Assembly: GCF_964355755.1 (NCBI RefSeq)
Contig: NC_092673.1
Location: 19,589,648-19,653,647 of the forward strand
Direction of reading: 5' to 3'
Length of the DNA: 64,000 nt
DNA from: Antedon mediterranea
Lineage: Eukaryota > Animalia > Echinodermata
In this document: positions 14,016 through 26,403 of the stretch, one piece after another
Numbering within the stretch: position 1 is the stretch's first letter
Layout: each line of letters opens with the position of its first letter
Notes under the pieces: generated by a model
The model's input: only the letters and a program-made list of their open reading frames with translations
Database searches by the model: none
What the model was told of the DNA's origin: nothing
Made by a program: the position numbers and the translations under genes

Positions 14016-14307
14016 CAGTGAGTGAGTGGCCGAGCGGTTAAGACAGTGGAACCGCAATTAGGCTTACTCACTCCATGGTTCTGGTGGTAGAACGAGTCTT
14101 CTCGGATAAGGACTATAAACCGTAGGTCCAGTGTACACATCTAGCTCGTGTGCACTTTAAAGAACCTAGTACATCTTTCGAGACGAGTAGGGGGTTACCC
14201 CGGTGTATTAGTACATCACAGCCACTGATCACCAACTGGGCCCTCTGGGAGACCAGTCTTTGACTGAAGAGGTTACCCAGTATAAATATATATTTCAATT
14301 CAATTCA
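14016..14307 (+). mobile_element. tRNA-derived SINE with Deu-domain-like core
   Basis: A-box TGGCCGAGCGG, core TCGGATAAGGACTATAAACCGTAGGTCC...TAAAGAACC...GAGTAGGGGGTTACCCCGGTG, (TTCAA)n tail; second copy at 57545-57850. Confidence 0.8.
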
Positions 14308-14989
14308 TAATTAATGCATCATATCATTAGCATCACTTCCTAATATCATAATCACTATTATAATTATATATACTAAAATAGAGATTGTAGTGTTGTACAA
14401 TGAAATCTGTGGTGTTTAATTGGAATAATTAGTCATTGCATTATCTTTATTATCATTGTTGAACATTGAAATACAATGCTTAAATTTTAAATCTCTAAGA
14501 TTATCTGATAACAAATTGTGTAGCAGGAACTCAATAGATAATAATTATATAAATTTAAAAGTTAGTTTTCTGTATAAATGCACTTATATTGAACTTGTTA
14601 TAATTATCAACATAATCAGTTACTTTTAACTAATTGGATTCATTAATCATTGCATTATCTGTGTTGAACATTTAAATACAATAGTTATATTAAATCTCTA
14701 GATTTTTGATAACAAATTGTGTAGTAGCAGAAACTCAATAAATAGATTACTGGGGCGTTTATTCAGGGGAGGCATTTTTTTTTTTTTTATGTAATTTGGT
14801 AATGTGTATAATCAAATAAATACCCCAGATATGAAAAAATACACTATGATTTATATAAAAAACTGATAAACTACACTAAAAATTGTATCAATTCAAAATA
14901 CTTGGTAAATTGTAGATCATGTCAATCAATGAATTCTACTGGAAATATAAATGTGTTGTAGAACAATATTGTATATATTATAATGCATG

Positions 14990-15100
14990 CGGCGGGGCGT
15001 TTATTCAAGAAAATAAATACCACAGGGCATTTATTCAAGAAAATAAATACCACAGGGCATTTATTCAAGAAAATAAATACCACAGGGCATTTATTCAAAA
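14990..15100. repeat. 30-bp tandem repeat x3, within locally duplicated AT-rich segments (14420-15480)
   Basis: GGCATTTATTCAAGAAAATAAATACCACAG repeated. Confidence 0.85.
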
Positions 15101-15769
15101 TGATGTTCTATTAATGTTTATTTAAAGCATGGCATATATTGGAATAAATATATTAGTTAGTTTTCTGTATAAATATGCACTTATATTGAACTTGTTGTAA
15201 ATGGTCACATCAGTGTCACATTATCAATTTCATATCTCATAAATTTTTACTAATTGGATTCATTAGTCATTGCATTATCTTTATTATCTTTGTTGAACAT
15301 TGAAATACAATGCTTAAATTAAATCTCTAAGATTATCTGATAACAAATTGTGTAACAGGAACTAAATTTCCTGATACACAAATAATTGTTTTATTAGTTC
15401 ATGTTGATAATGTGACACTAATGTGACCATTTATAATGATAACAAGTTCATATAAGTGCATTTATGCAGAAAACTATCTGATACATTTGAATAATGAGGG
15501 TTTGTTGAAGTAAACTGACAGATACGGCGATATAATATAATTTTGTATTTAAACAGAAGATAAAGTAAATATCACCTGATTGTTTTACAACAGGAATAAG
15601 ACTATAAATGTTTGGTGTGGTGTTTTGATGTAGTACTGCAATATCAGACTGCTAGACCAGTGGATGGAAGAATCTTGAAATTCATAGCCGACAATTGTAA
15701 TTTTTTGGTTACCAACAACTTTTTATAAATTCATTTGTGTGAATTATATATTTTTTTTAATTTCAGTAG

Positions 15770-15990
15770 ATCCACCTGATTCCCAGTGCTGTATCTCCAC
15801 ATACTATCTATTTCCGAAGTATCATAGGAATATTTGGTAATACAGCATCACATGTGGTGCCTGTATCGTGTAAGGACGTTAAGGGTTAGGTTACTCTAGA
15901 TACATGTGAAACACATGTGATGTTGTATTACAAAATATTCCTGATACTTCGGAAATCGATACAGATACAGTACCGAGAATCGGCTTGTAG
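15770..15990. mobile_element. Small foldback MITE
   Basis: Inverted arms TTTCCGAAGTATCA..GGAATATTTGGTAATACAGCATCACATGTG / CACATGTGATGTTGTATTACAAAATATTCCTGATACTTCGGAAA. Confidence 0.6.
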
Positions 15991-16381
15991 ATTAGTGAGG
16001 TTAATTCTTGTTACAACTATACATTATTTGGGCTGCTTTGTGAAATGCGTATTAGACTCAATACTCCAATATGCCTCTTCAAAGTTAGCTTGGATATCAC
16101 TCCTACTAGATGTATGTTGATATAATGTATTAATCCTCAACAAGTAAACAAAAGCTGTTGGGTGATAATGTGTTTGTGTATGTCATGATCTACTGTATCA
16201 ACACTTTTACAACAGGCCTACGCAGTTTGTTAAAATATACTGTTTAAATCTAAATGCCCTGAAATAATTATTTCAGACAGATATTTTAACAATAACAGGA
16301 GAGATTTAATGTTTACCATTTTTATTTTAAGAGAGGCATTAAATTGACTTGATTAGTAAATGAAGACGGTGTATTTTTAAA

Positions 16382-19300
16382 ATGGAGAGGTATGGTTTTT
16401 CAAATTTATTTAAATTACGAATAAATTTACTTTCAATTATTTGTTGATATTTATTTTGCTTTTTTAAATTTCATTTTTATGGCGCTTTTAACAAAGTGTC
16501 AAAAAAAATATGTATATTATATCAAAAGACCATAGAGATGTATTGTCCCCCAAAAACATGACAAAATGAAGATTATATATGACTGTCATGAACACTGACA
16601 TTATCTGGCATTGATTTGGTCATCTCACTTTCTAGATCTTAAGAGATCTTAAGTTGACTTTTTGAAAGTATAAAGTTAAGTTGACTTAGGCTGTATTTAT
16701 ACAACACCCTAAATTTGAACACGTCTTTAATTTTTAGCGTGTTGCACGGGCCGAGGTCAACCCCACAAAAACCTTGCAGTTATACATTAAATAGTAATAC
16801 TGTGTTATACCGTAGTTCATAATCCTAAGTTGGATGTATACTCGCATGCATTATGAATTAATATGAGTTTTTTAAAGGATTTTTATAAAGAATGATTTCG
16901 TTTAAAATTTAGTTTATTCAGTTATTGAGTTTTTAAATCTGCTTTTGAAATTATGGACCAAAATGTTTTAGAATTAGGATAAAACTATGCTACATTTTGC
17001 CAAATTATGCCAACATTTGATTAGCGTTAATGTTAAGTGCAAAGGCAAAATTATCTACTAGATTTGGTCAACATTTTCAAAACATATACTTTTTCTTAAC
17101 GAGAGGTCAAAACAATACCCTGAGGACACTTCCAACACGCCAACAGCAACCGGGAATCCACAACATTTTAGGATTCAGCCAGGTAACCTTTTTAGTCGCG
17201 TGGAAGCGACTCTATAGTTCACTATGTCGGTCTGTCGGTCTGCCTGTCGGTCCGGTATCACTATGCATTTTATCGCTTTCTGACCTTATCTTGATATCAG
17301 TTTAATCTAGCTAAGTCAATTTTTCACAGTATATTCCTTATGGCCAGGAATCGATGTGGTTATGTTTTCACGGTGCGCAATAAAAATTTACGCGGTCTAC
17401 GCACGATTTAACGAAATCACGTTTGTAATCATATCTTCACAACCATGAATCACAATTAAATAAAATTTGGTACTCATAAATTTCAGGGCATAAATCATCA
17501 TATGGCAATACAATTACGTGCGTAGCGCATGTAACGCATGCGTACGCACGCTTAAAATTTTCAAAATTTTTTTTTGCGCGCGCACTGCACGTTAAATGTT
17601 ATTGCGCACACTTTTTGTCCGATTTCTGTTTTCTTGACTTATTTTTCAACTCGAAATTACGTTATACGAGCACGTCAAAAGTGACAGGCTACGCACGTGT
17701 AAATTAAAAAAATATAACTGTTTTTAAACATTTCAACATTTTTAAACATGTTCAGTCAGTCGGTCGGTCGGTAAACACTAGGCACGCGACTGCAGCCATC
17801 CATATGGCCTTGTTTGCAATTAAAATCTCATTACCCGGAATCTCTTCGATGTTATACAACACACTTCTCGTAGGCGTGTTGAATATGCGTGTAATAGCGT
17901 GTTGTATAAACGCGCCCTTACAGTAAAGGGCAATTTGTATATTATTTCAATATAGAAATAGGTAATTCCAAACCTTTTAGGATAATATTGAAGTTTATAA
18001 TTTTCATTTTGACAGGAACAATTTAGAACAAGCTTTGGTCAGGAATGATTTGGAAACAGTTGAACGACTTTGTAGGACGCAACCAGATCTTGTGAAAACT
18101 ATCGATGAGGTATAACTAAATATAATCAGACTTTGAATAGGCCTTGGCAGTTTTAATAAGTTATTCACTTCCATAGAAAAAAAAAATATTTTTCTTTTAC
18201 TAAAAACCATTGTCTGATGGACAACTTGACGATTTGTTGCTTAAATTACAGTTTTAATTTTTGTTATGATCCAATTTTGGTCAAAGTGATTTGAACATTG
18301 TTTTAAATACAATTTTATGAAATTCACATTTTTGCTATTACTACTTGCCTTAATAATAGGCTTTTTCATTTTCCCTCTTGCCTTTTCTATATCAAAAAAT
18401 TTGTATTTAAAGATGTATTGTCCCCCTGAAAAAAATTATTATTAAAACTTTTTTGTTGAATATGTCATTTTAATGTCACATAATAGTTATCCACTTTGAC
18501 CAAAAATTAGATTAAAAAAATATATATTTACCTGAAATAACTGTAATTTAAAGAAAAAAATAGTCAAATTGGTGGCCAGCCAATTGATTTTTGGTTGAAT
18601 TTAACCATTTATTTTGTCATTTTATTTAATTTATTTTCTACGGAAGTACAAAATAACCTATTCAAGTCTCATCTAATTAATCTTCATTTTTCATGTTTTC
18701 ATGTTTCTAAACTTTACTTAAAATGACCTCAGTTATAATAACAGTTTTTCCCCATTTATCAATAAAGATGACAATTAAGATCATTTACTCAGTACAGTAC
18801 GTTATTTAGTAATTGTTGTATTGACAGAAATCCAATTTCACACAATGTCTGTTTATGATTATGATTCCTTTACAGAATGGAAACACTCCACTGTATGTAA
18901 ATTTTTGTGATGATCTAATTAACCCTACTTTAGCAATCGTAAATTGTCTCTTAAATCATGGTGCATCAGCAACATTGCAAAATAAGGTAATTTACAGAGA
19001 TTTTCGTGAACCATTCTATTTTTTATTTCAATAATGACGATTAGAATTAGAATTATTTACTAAATTACTGTATTTAGCAGTAATTGTTACTATATTGACA
19101 GAATAATCTGTTGTCAGTATTATTTATAAACTTCATGATTATGATTCCTTTACAGGATGGAAACACTCCACTGCATGTATATCTGAGTGATGATAGACAA
19201 ATACAACCTACTTTAGAAATAGTGACATCCCTTGTTGCATCAGCAACATTACAAAATAAGGCAATTTATTTTCTTTGAATAATGACAAGATTATTTGTTA

Positions 19301-22300
19301 CATTGTTTAGCTGTAATGGTTGCAATAATTTCCATTGACAGAAAACCAATTTCACATTATAGCTATTATAGTATTTATAAACCTCATATATTATGATTTC
19401 TTTACAGGATGAGGACACTCCATTACATGTATATCTGAGTGATGGATTCAATCATACCTTAGAAATAGTGACTTGTCTTGTACAGCACAGTACATCAACC
19501 ACATTGCAAAATAAGGTATTTTAAAATTGCTAATGTAGGCTAACATTCTCTATCTACTGCAGTAAACCCTTATATTTTACTTTTATATCAATAATGACAA
19601 TTTACGATTACTACATAATTTAGCAGTAATTGTTTCTATAGTTTGTATTGATTTTTTATTTTTTGATTTTTTGTCTGTTTTCAGTATTTATAAACTTTAT
19701 AATTATGATTTCTTTACAGGATGGGGACACTCCATTACATGTATATCTGAGTGATGGATTCAATCATACCTTAGAAATAGTGACTTGTCTTGTACAGCAA
19801 TGTACATCAGCAACCATGCAAAATAAGGTAATGTACAGAGATTTAGATCTGTTGTGGTAAACCAGTCTATTGTTTAAATAATGACAATATTATTTACTAA
19901 ATTACTTATCCAATAATTGTTGTATTTAAAGAGAAACAATTTCGTTCGCTTACCCTCTAGGAGTTCACAAAAACATGACCACGACCCAGGAAATCAGAAA
20001 CCCGGGTCAGACCTATGCATATTACATATGATTACTGAATTTGACATTTCATGAGGGGTACCCAACTTATGTACAAAAACCAAAATATAGCGACCTGGGT
20101 AGTAAAGCTCGTTTTATTTTTTGGAAGTAACAGAGTTGAGATGGGTTACAGAAATGCTGTTTAGGACTGTTGTTATGACATCTTGATGACGTCGTAAGAA
20201 TGTTAAAATGCAGGTTTTTCTTGAGCATAGTAAAATTAGAGATATTACAGAAAGTATGATTAGGGAAACAGAAACTATAATATTTGGCAGTGTATGAGAT
20301 TTGAGCCTGCTACTGAGAATAAGTACGATGAGACGCGAAATATCATTTATTATTAATTATATCTACTGACCACACACATCATAAGAATATAATTTTAGAA
20401 GTTTTGCAAATTGATAATGTGTTACCTGAAACATAAAATAATAGACTTTATGGTACACAGGAAGGAAAGTCAATGCATCAATCACTGAGTGGTTATGTTA
20501 TGTGCAATTTGAATGACTTGCGCAATTTGAAATTGCTCAATGATTTCCTTAAGTATTTGATTATCAAAACGCATTTTACATATTACAGATGTCTGTTATC
20601 AATATTTTAAAAGTCATGACTATGATTCATTTACAGGATGGAAACACTCCATTACATGTATATCTGAGTGGTAATTATGACCCTACCTTAGAAATGGTGA
20701 CATGTCTCCTAAATCAGGATGCATCAACAACATTGCAAAATAAGGTAATTTATAGGAAATTGTCAGTGTAATAGGCTAACAATCTATATCTTCTACGGTA
20801 AACATTCTCTCCCTCCCCCCCCCCCCCTCCCCACTCATTTTATCATAGGCCACAAGAAATTCTATTGTTTCTGATGTTATTCTATAATTTCTTAATGTTA
20901 TACAATGTTAATTTTATGGTTCACATCTCATCAAAAGTTCTCTAAAATGTGTGGCAATTTTGATACCTTTTATACCCCCTTTGCTCATAGGGTGTACAAT
21001 TTGTATATGTAATTCTCTGACACATATCTCTATGATTCATTGTACAAAATTAGATAAATTATTGAGGTGCCCATACACCATATTTGTAGTGGGCCCTTTT
21101 AAGCCTCAGTTGAATTAGACAATCAAAAATGGCAACTCCTGTGGCAGGCCATTGCTCAAATAAACTGGATATTTTGTGGAGAACATTTGATATAGTCCAC
21201 AATATCAACTTTCAAAATGTTTACAGCTATTGCAAACAATTCACATAATGTCTGTTGTCATTATTTATAAACTTTATGATTATAATTCCTTTCCAGGATG
21301 GAAACACTCCATTACATGTATATCTGAGTGATAGATATCACCCTACCTTAGAAATGGTGGCTTATCTGAAACAGCATGGTGCACCAGTAACATTGCAAAA
21401 TAAGGTAATGTAAAAAGAATTGTCAGGACAATCAGCTGCGGAAACATTTTTTTTGTTTCGTTGTTTATCAATAATGGCAATTATTATTAGATTATTTAGA
21501 TTTACATATGTGAACTTTATTCAATCAATCGTACATTTTTTTGGGTGTCTAGAAAACTCAGATCTCAGATACCTGAGTTTTCTAGATCTAGAAAACTCGG
21601 ATATCTGACTTTTCTAGTTCCAAAATGGAGTTTTCTAGACACCCCATTTTTTTGGTATTATAATGGTAAACATAATAAAGTGTATTTACAGTGATTTTTA
21701 CAAAAAAAAATATTAATTATAAAATATATATAGTGATTATTTACAGTAATGATAATAATAAGAATGAATTTAATTATATTGACTATTATTTTTTTCGGTA
21801 TTTATTTATAATGGTAACCATAATAACGTGTATTTACAGTGATTTTTACTTTTAATAGAAATAGTAAATACTATTCTCGTCTAAATTTAATATTTTGTCC
21901 AACGCAGCCAATGATGCTCTATCAACCAATCACTAGACAGTAAATTTATTTATTTATTTGTTCTTTCTTTAAACTGAAATACACTTTCAATACAAATGTA
22001 CTGATTTCCAAAGTGGTTCAGTAAACATATTTACAACAAAAATAAAATATAAAAGAAAAACAAAAAGAAAGAAAACAGATATAAAACTATTTACAATTGT
22101 GAAGGCAAAAAGGTTAATACATATATGATTTCTATAGTGAAGATTTAAAAGTTGCCAAAGACATATTATGGAGTTCTGATTTAATGTTATTTGGTAGAGA
22201 ATTCCATAATTTAGTTGATCTATAAACAAAAGTTCTTTTACCCTGAGAGTTATTCCATAACGGAATAGATAAATCATTATTACTTTGGGAGCGAGTGCAT

Positions 22301-22603
22301 TTATTATGGTTATCTACAGTAAATTGAAATAATATTGTTAAGTATCTTGGAGCTATTTCTTTTAAACATTTAAATAGCATTATAAGAATATTTTCATTCC
22401 ATTTTTCTGTAAGTCTACTCCATCCAAGAGTATTTAAGATATCATAAATGTTTGAGCCATGATATGATACTGTATCAATTAAATAATATTCTGATACTTC
22501 TCTAAACTCATTTTTATAGGAAGGAAATACACCCATCTCTGTTTTGAAAAATAACAAGCAGATACAGGACCCAGAAAAAAATGAAATTTTAAATTTTTTT
22601 TAA
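16382..22603 (+). CDS. Gene B: ankyrin-repeat protein (~277 aa), one repeat per exon
   Basis: Exons 16382-16389 (ATG GAG AG), 18016-18109, 18876-18986, 19156-19260 (GC donor), 19408-19515, 19720-19827, 20637-20744, 21297-21404, 22520-22603 (TAA). Repeats DGNTPLHVYLS...TLEIVTCL...ATLQNK; all phases consistent. Confidence 0.85.
17189..17814 (+). mobile_element. Helentron-associated (DINE/HINE-like) non-autonomous element
   Basis: 5' TTTTTAGTCGCGT..GCGACT hairpin, (GTCG/GTCT)n microsatellite, 3' CACGCGACT..GGCCTTGTT; copies at 56870-57497 and 33265-33386 (-). Confidence 0.75.
18411..18700 (+). mobile_element. Partial TTAA-targeting (Kolobok-like) MITE copy
   Basis: TTAA|AGATGTATTGTCCCCC terminus; homologous to full copy at 35109-35475. 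Confidence 0.65.
21543..21644. mobile_element. 102-bp MULE-like mini-MITE
   Basis: TIR GGGTGTCTAGAAAACTC / GAGTTTTCTAGACACCC; perfect 9-bp TSD CATTTTTTT. Confidence 0.85.
21944..22470 (-). mobile_element. 5'-truncated CR1/L2-group LINE 3' end (ORF2 C-terminus, 3' UTR, (TAAA)n tail)
   Basis: ORF 22132-22557 with LGW..L..., APRYL, GKRTFVYR..KLWNSLP, FK..L motifs; same 3' end on + strand at 63434-63641. Confidence 0.85.
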
Positions 22604-23289
22604 AGTAAGTGAAGTTTTAATTATCAAGATTTTGGGGTAAACCAATTTTCATTGCAAAGGACAGATGTTCAATTTCTTTTTCCAATGCTTTGATAAACTG
22701 ATTTTGAAAATGTTCTCATACTGATCATATGATGAGCTCTGTAAATTGTGTGCATGTACGGTATCCATGCATTGTGCTATTGAAAAACTCTTTAAACTTA
22801 TAGAGAATCATTGTGAGGATGTATGTAATTTATTTATAATTTCTGAACCATGCCTTATGTAGATGTGAATGAATTATGCACATTTACAGGTTTATTAGTT
22901 TTCTTCTTTCATTAGCATTGACTATAATCACAAATGATGCAGTCATTAAAAATACAATTCACGGGGTAGGGGTACAAAAACGGTTTTTAGAGTCAAAGTA
23001 ATATTGATGGATAATATGGTGCATAATTAGCAAGCAAGGTGATTGTTTACAACTGGAAATGTTTTGTGATCGATTAGGAGCTACCTGTTTCAGAGCATAG
23101 ATTTCATTTTTATGAGTTATTATAGGGGTCAAAAGGCTAATGATGACCTCTCAATAATTTATTTTGGGATCAATTGCTTTCCCTGACAAACCTGTTTCTG
23201 TGTATAAGTAGTGCGTCATCAATGCACTACAAAACCAACATATGATATATTAGGGACTTTTAGATTTGAGTGAACGTGAACTAAATCCA

Positions 23290-24062
23290 CGTCCACATGG
23301 GTCGTAGTCGACTGTTACTCGTCGACAGATATATGAACGCAACCTTTTTTGACTCCGACCCCATGATCCTATTTTGGTAATTCTCGCGACCCAACATTGC
23401 GTATTTGAGCCACAGACCTGCCATGTTAAGTGACACCCATAGATGGCCGGAAATGGTACTGTCGCACGTAAAAATCCATATAAAAGGCACCTCTAGTCCG
23501 CTATAATAATAGCGCGCTCGCAATTGGCAAAAGGATCGTAGCCTACTTTTTCCGCCGGTACACACATTTGTGTTCAATGCTAACATCCCGAACCATAAAA
23601 AGTTCCCCTGGCTAGGAACAACATCGCTATGAATGTAATTTGGTAGGGACCTGTTTCTATTGAATGTTCATTGTAAATGTTCCCACCGCCGGTGCATCAA
23701 AGGATGCACTTTTTCAGTCAAGTTACACACTCATTGCAAACTACAGAAAAATAGCGTCATAGAACCAGTTGGTAGATTATTAAATTCACGCCCTAAAAGG
23801 GGATTCCCCACTTGTATATTAGCAACGAACTATGTGTCAAAAGCGTCCATTGGCCCGTCGTCAATTCCCAATTGTGTGTACGCTACTCGCCTAAAAAAAA
23901 AACTGTAGATGTAAAATATAATTAGCCTTTGTAGATTACCTTTCACATCTAGATCAGTTTATACTTTCTAAAAGGTTTCAGTATCTGAAACATTCTCGAT
24001 CCATCAATTTGTTTTCGCGACCCAAACATTGGGTCTTGACCCATAGGTTGCGGAACGGCGGT
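23290..24062. mobile_element. Degenerate hAT-like MITE
   Basis: CGCGACCC/GGGTC subterminal motifs, end GACCCATAGGTTGCGGAAC; internal segment homologous to 11410-11470. Confidence 0.5.
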
Positions 24063-24662
24063 TTAGATTAAATGGATATTTTTTTTATTTTTTTTTTTTT
24101 AGAATTTAGGATTTATAATACAAAGAATATAATGTAACTTATTATTATAGGAATAAAATAATTAGAGTGAGTAGTAAATGTAACTTATAATTAGAGTGAG
24201 CTGTGTTTTTGTAGTTGTTCCTAATAGCTGATTATAGATATAGAAAATTGTTGAATTTAATTAATATTATATATCATATTCGAATAATGATGATTATTAA
24301 ACAATACTTATAACAATGCTGAATTTATTACTTAAAATTGAAAATGATTTTGTGGACTTTCTTGAATTTTTATTCATAAATCTTAAAACAGTAATTATGA
24401 TAAGAATGCTATCTACTGAATTTATTTTCTGAAATTAGAAATGATTTTGTGGCATTTCATTAATTATACTGTAATAATATTCAAATAATGATTATGATTT
24501 CAACAATAATTATGATGCTAATCTACAGAATTTATTACATTGGAAAATATTGTGGTGTTTTATGAATTTATATTTATTATTTATATTATAATCTTAAAAA
24601 AACAATTACAATTTCTGTAACTGTTATACTAAATGTATTGATACTGTTTTTCATTCGTATAG

Positions 24663-24830
24663 ATCTCTCAGAAGATTTAGCCCAATGATGCAATAAACAT
24701 GGACATTCTATTCATACAAATGTTAGATGACGTTAAAGTGTTGAAAACTGGTACCAGTACAATCTATCCGCGAATTTATTAGGGATTTGGTTGCGATTTA
24801 ATGTTAGCGTGTCATACCTCAATGTACAAT
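24663..24830 (+). pseudogene. Relic of the tandem-DED terminal exon (deletion derivative), now probably 3' UTR of gene B
   Basis: Intron end and exon start align with 2160-2230 (TTATRCTAAAT..TATTGA.A..TAG|.T.TCTCAGARGAT); immediately followed by TGCAATAAACATGGAC matching 2733-2750. Confidence 0.7.
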
Positions 24831-25717
24831 ACTGTAGATACCCTGGTAACCCAGAATTAAAACACACTAGTTATTGTCTGTGGTGTTCTCTTTCCACAAA
24901 AAAAATTGGTGTCCCCCTATAATAGGATTAAATCAACCATTTTTAAATTACTTTCATATACTAATGGCTTATTTCATGAACGAATTATTTTTTAAATTAA
25001 GGTGATGCAAAATATTACTATAAAATAATAATGTAAACAAGATGATTTATTTGTGTATAAAAAGACAATTTACAATAAAATCCTTTCTAATTTTAATCAG
25101 TTGTATTTGTCATTGTGTGCATATGTTTTGATGTTGTGGAGCTTTCTGGAAAAAAAAAATGAGCATGAAACAAATTCCCAAATGATGCTAAGATAACTTT
25201 TGATTATGATAAGTTCTATAATATCTGAATGTGTATTCGGTTTACAAAGCAACCAATAATATCATAATTAGATGCAACTGATTTTCAGCGAGGCCGATTT
25301 CATATGTCACCGTGTATTCTGCACATGAGTAGTTAATTAAAGAATTATTATACAAAAAAATGTATTTTTGATATAATTACATTATATAGGCCTTATAGTC
25401 ACTGTAGTATTTATTTGTTAGCATACACTAGTAGCCCTTTAAAGTACTATGTTGTTTGAATGATGCGCCCTCTATAAAAAAGTATACCAATGCATGAAGA
25501 TCGTATGTCAACAAAAACACATGTTAAACTGAACTTTTTTTTGTTGCATAATATAATAGGCCTATCCCCCTAGCCTAGGCCTATTTTTTTTTAACGTAGG
25601 AAAATATCTTTAACAAAATGTTTAGCATTAGCATCACATTCTTACATTCATAACTGCAAACATGCCACCAAAAACTTCAGAAAAATTGATAGTATGTATA
25701 CTTTAAATTTGTTCGTA

Positions 25718-26048
25718 AATTTATGTTATGTAGACTAGAATTTATGTTATGTAGACTAGAATTTGTGTTATGTAGACTAGAATTTATGTTATGTAGACTA
25801 GAATTTATGTTATGTAGACTAGAATTTATGTTATGTAGACTAGAATTTATGTTATGTAGACTAGAATTTATGTTATGTAGACTAGAATTTATGTTATGTA
25901 GACTAGAATTTATGTTATGTAGACTAGAATTTATGTTATGTAGACTAGAATTTATGTTATGTAGACTAGAATTTATGTTATGTAGACTAGAATTTATGTT
26001 ATGTAGACTAGAATTTATGTTATGTAGACTAGAATTTATGTTATGTAG
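25718..26048. repeat. 21-bp minisatellite, ~15.5 copies
   Basis: AATTTATGTTATGTAGACTAG tandem, nearly perfect. Confidence 0.97.
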
Positions 26049-26256
26049 CATTATACTGAACTCATCTATATATAAATTTACGTAAATCGTGCGTTATTTC
26101 TAGAATGTTTACTCGATGGTATATAAAGTTGGTTAGAATCTCGGTACTGATTTTAACCACCTGATGTAACCCTGTTTACTAATTAAATTGAGTTAGATAA
26201 TAATAATAATAATACCACATTTATATAGCGCCCTTTTCATGAGTAATCATGTCCAT

Positions 26257-26403
26257 GTGACCTTGTTGTAAATGACCTAATAGTACCCTTGGGTTGTATT
26301 TGATGGGCAGTTAATATAATCAAATTACAATTGTGTGTTTTATGGGCTGATACTCTTGACAGACCTGTAGACCATTTCTGCTAAGGGAGAGTTTTGCCTC
26401 ATG
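26257..26403 (-). mobile_element. Partial copy (empty-site form) of the 5738-7190 MITE
   Basis: Reverse complement matches 5738-5777 joined directly to 6885-6992. Confidence 0.8.

Noticed and set aside
25677-26085. Repetitive ORFs (SSLHNIN)n and (MLCRLEF)n on both strands
   Set aside because: By-product of a stop-free 21-bp minisatellite; no splice context
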